From Microthyrium microscopicum (lineage: Eukaryota): DNA of 64,000 nt. The position numbers and the translations under genes were made by a program. This document shows, piece by piece, positions 60,819 through 64,000 of this stretch. Below the pieces are notes generated by a model, which ran no database searches, had not been told where the DNA came from, and worked only from the letters and a program-made list of their open reading frames with translations. Position 1 is the stretch's first letter. The number at the start of each line of letters is the position of its first letter. The stretch spans positions 1,378,538 to 1,442,537 of the forward strand of contig MU004235.1 of assembly GCA_010405405.1 (NCBI GenBank). Direction: 5' to 3'.

Positions 60819-63700
60819 ATGGCTGAAGAAGAACATCATCCAGTCAAACTATCGTTACCGCTTGTATGTGCAATGCGACAAGCTCTGGAGATTCGCCACT
60901 GATTTCATCCGTAGGAGTTCCAGCAAGACATTTTCCAGGAAATTCGAGCAGAAGATGAACTTCTCATCATCGCCAAAGGGTTGGGCCTGCTGAGGATAGT
61001 GACAAATCTACTTCATTCCTATGATGCCGCTGGCAACAACCTCATCATCATCGTTGGTGCCAACGACCGCGAAAATGGCTGGATTGGCGAATTTCTTGCT
61101 GAACATGCCACCATCTCCAAAGCGCCGAAAGCGCGCGGCCTGAGCTTGGTGAATACTCAAATGGCCAGTTTGGTGTCGCGACAGAAGTTGTATGCGCATG
61201 GTGGTATTCTCAGCATCACCTCTCAGATTCTAATTGTCGATCTACTTTCTGGCGTACTGCCGCCTGGAAATGTAACTGGTATGGTCGTGCTGCATGCTGA
61301 GCGAGTGTCGGCGACTTCTATCGAATCTTTCGTTCTCCGCGAGTATCGCCAGCACAATAAGGTTGGCTTTCTCAAGGCTTTCTCGGATAGTCCAGAGTCG
61401 TTCACGTATGGCTTCTCTCCGCTGGCAACTATGATGCGGAATCTCTTTCTGCAGAAAACGTTGTTGTATCCTCGTTTTCAACTCGACGTCATCAAGTCTC
61501 TTGAAGGCCAGAAGAAGGCGGAGGTGATCGAGCTGGAGGTGCCCATGACGGAATCCATGGCGACAATTCAAGCAGCAATACTCGAATGCGTGGAAGCTAG
61601 TGTCAGTGACCTCAAAAAAGGTAATACAGGGTTAGATATGAGCGACTGGAATCTCGACAACGCGTTGCAGGGCAATTTCGACCAGAGAGTGATGCGACAA
61701 CTCAATCCAGTGTGGCATCGTCTACATCCTCGTACAAAACAAGTGGCCGCGGACTTGAGAACTCTTCGCTCCATGCTGTCGTACTTGGTCACATTTGACC
61801 CGGTACAGTTTTTGAAATATCTCGATACTGTACTTGCTGCGTCGCAACCGAAGAATCCGAACAGCAAGGCGAATCAGTCTCCTTGGCTGTTCTTGGATGC
61901 GGCTACAACTATTTTTGAGACAGCAAAACAGCGAGTCTATGCCGGCAAAATGGTCGATAATGGACCTCCGCTGAACAAAGCAGCGACGGAGGCTATTCGT
62001 CCAACTCTTGAGGAACTCCCCAAATGGGTTGTTTTGAGCGAAGTCCTGGATGAAATTGAGCGCGACGTATATTTCAATCCAGTTGTAGACGATTCCAGTG
62101 GTTCCATTATGATCATGTGCAGCAATCATGAGACGTGCGCCCAACTCAAGGAGTATCTCAAACGCAGACAGCTAGTCGAAGATGCAGAGGACGAGGAATC
62201 TGAGCCCCATTTCGCAGCAAGCTTTATGCTGAAGGACAAGCTGCGGAGCTATATCTACTGGAAACGGGCGTTCGCCAAGATGAATGACTCTTTGAAAGCA
62301 GATGTCGCGCAATCCATGGAATCGAAAGGCGAAGCTCAGCGCGACGCCCCTCGTCGAGGGCCACCAAACAAGCGGCGAAGAGTCCGCGGCGGCGCGGCTT
62401 CTGCTAGTACTGCAAGCCGAATCGAGACTTCGAGGACTGCCGGCGACAAGGAAGCGCATCTGGCCAGCTTGCTTGAAAATGAAGTGCAAGCCGTGGGTGC
62501 TGATGGTCTGCCTGAAGAAGAAGTTGTTGTAGATCCGCTAAGCGACAAAGACACATACTTCGAATTGCTCGAGATGCAAGACCTGATTATCGTTCATCCC
62601 TATGACGGCGACATCGACGAGCATGCGATTGAAGAAGTGCGCCCGCGCTATGTCATTATGTATGAACCAGAGGCTGCATTCATACGGCGAGTGGAAGTGT
62701 ATCGCAGCTCGCATACGGATCGGAATATTCGCGTGTACTTCATGTACTACAAAGACTCCGTGGAGGAGCAGATGTATCTTGCTTCGGTCCGCCGAGAAAA
62801 AGATGCATTCACTAAGCTCATCCGCGAGCGAGGAGTAAGTGGCCACAAAAATATGATGATGTTTCGGAGGCTAACGACGCGGCGTAGAACATGGCGATCA
62901 CGATTGATAATGCCAAACTTGATCCCGAAGAGGCTTTCTTGAGGACTATCAACACCCGTATTGCAGGTGGCGGCCGAGTAGCTGCTGCCACCGCCGAGCG
63001 GCCTAGAGTTGTGGTCGACACTCGAGAGTTTCGTTCCTCGCTGCCGTCGCTTGTCAACGCGCGTGGAATGGATGTTGTTCCCTGCATGTTGACCGTGGGT
63101 GATTATGTCCTGACGCCAGATATTTGCGTCGAGCGCAAGTCCATCAGTGATTTGATTGGCTCGTTGAACAACGGACGATTGTTTAACCAAGCAGAGACGA
63201 TGCTGGAGCATTACAAATTTCCAATGCTACTGATAGAGTTCGACCAAACGAGAAGCTTCACGCTCGATCCGTTCACTGACTTGTCGGCTGGTCCACAGAG
63301 TGCTTTGTCCTCTGCGCCAGACTTGCAGTCGAAGATTGTGCTTTTGACTCTCGCTTTTCCCCGAATGCGCATCATTTGGTCGAGCTCGCCGTATCAAACG
63401 GCCGAGATTTTCGAGGAGTTGAAAAAGCTGAACGACGAGCCAGATCCGCGCAAAGCTGTGAATATGGGTATACAAGAAGGTGATGATGCGGAGACAGTGC
63501 GTCCATTCAATCAACTTCCCATAGACATGCTTCGAGAGATTCCAGGAATCAACGAGAAGAACATCACTCGACTAAGCTTGGATATTACCAATATCCATGA
63601 GCTGGCGAATTACGAAGAAGACGATATTTGCGCAATGGTAGGTCGTGAAGCTGGTCGCCAGATCTATCGGTTCTTCAACCGAAATATTGGCCGAGACTGA
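60819..63700 (+). CDS. RAD1: XPF/Rad1/Rad16 structure-specific DNA repair endonuclease
   Basis: Helicase-like N-terminal half, VEEQMYLASVRREKDAF, ERCC4 nuclease motifs VVVDTREFRS and VGDYVLTPDICVERKS, and an HhH motif (IPGINEK). Introns 60864-60914 and 62835-62887. Confidence 0.96.
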
Positions 63701-64000
63701 GCTGTTGGCCGTGTCTAGTGTAATTAGTAATTGTCTAATGAAAGCTGCATGGCCATCTCAGCGTACCGTGAAATTGGTGGGCTGGAACTGTAATCTGGAT
63801 TACCCCTTTTCCTAATTAGCACATCTGCCCCATGTCAGTCTTAGTCTTGTTCTTGCGACAAGCGGGCCGACATCAGTATGGTCAACTCGCAAGCAGAGTA
63901 CACATACCTTCCCATTAGAACTGACTGCTTCATTACGGCAATGTAGCCCTCGCGTGCCGATGGGCTTCTAATTCAGGGGCTTGGTCGGTCGCGTAGCGAG

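Overview
Eukaryotic DNA from a filamentous ascomycete (Pezizomycotina-type GT..CTRAC..YAG introns, mostly 44-55 nt). I reconstructed the gene models by hand from splice signals; about 22 protein-coding genes can be supported. Conserved core genes: Pin4-like RRM/R3H protein, TIM50, UFD1, IQGAP, DRG2/Rbg2 GTPase, UGP1, an ENA-type Na+/K+ ATPase, a Chs4/Skt5-like Sel1-repeat chitin synthase activator and XPF/Rad1. Secreted hydrolases: GH92, PhoD and GH5. There is also a head-to-head methylcitrate synthase / methylisocitrate lyase pair with two CCGAGG (FarA/FarB-type) sites between them, a divergent esterase + Zn2Cys6 pair, and several orphans. The best candidate for something undescribed is a 4-exon secreted protein at 13537-15014. 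It combines three Gly/Leu amphipathic repeats preceded by Kex2/Ste13-like processing signals with two Cys-bridged SH3-like cell-wall-binding modules and no catalytic domain. Other oddities: a 722-nt UGP1 intron carrying alternative coding potential, five PacC consensus sites upstream of the ENA gene, and recurring C-rich to G-rich strand-skew flips. I found no tRNA, rRNA, CRISPR array or intact mobile element. All family calls come from recalled motifs, not database searches.
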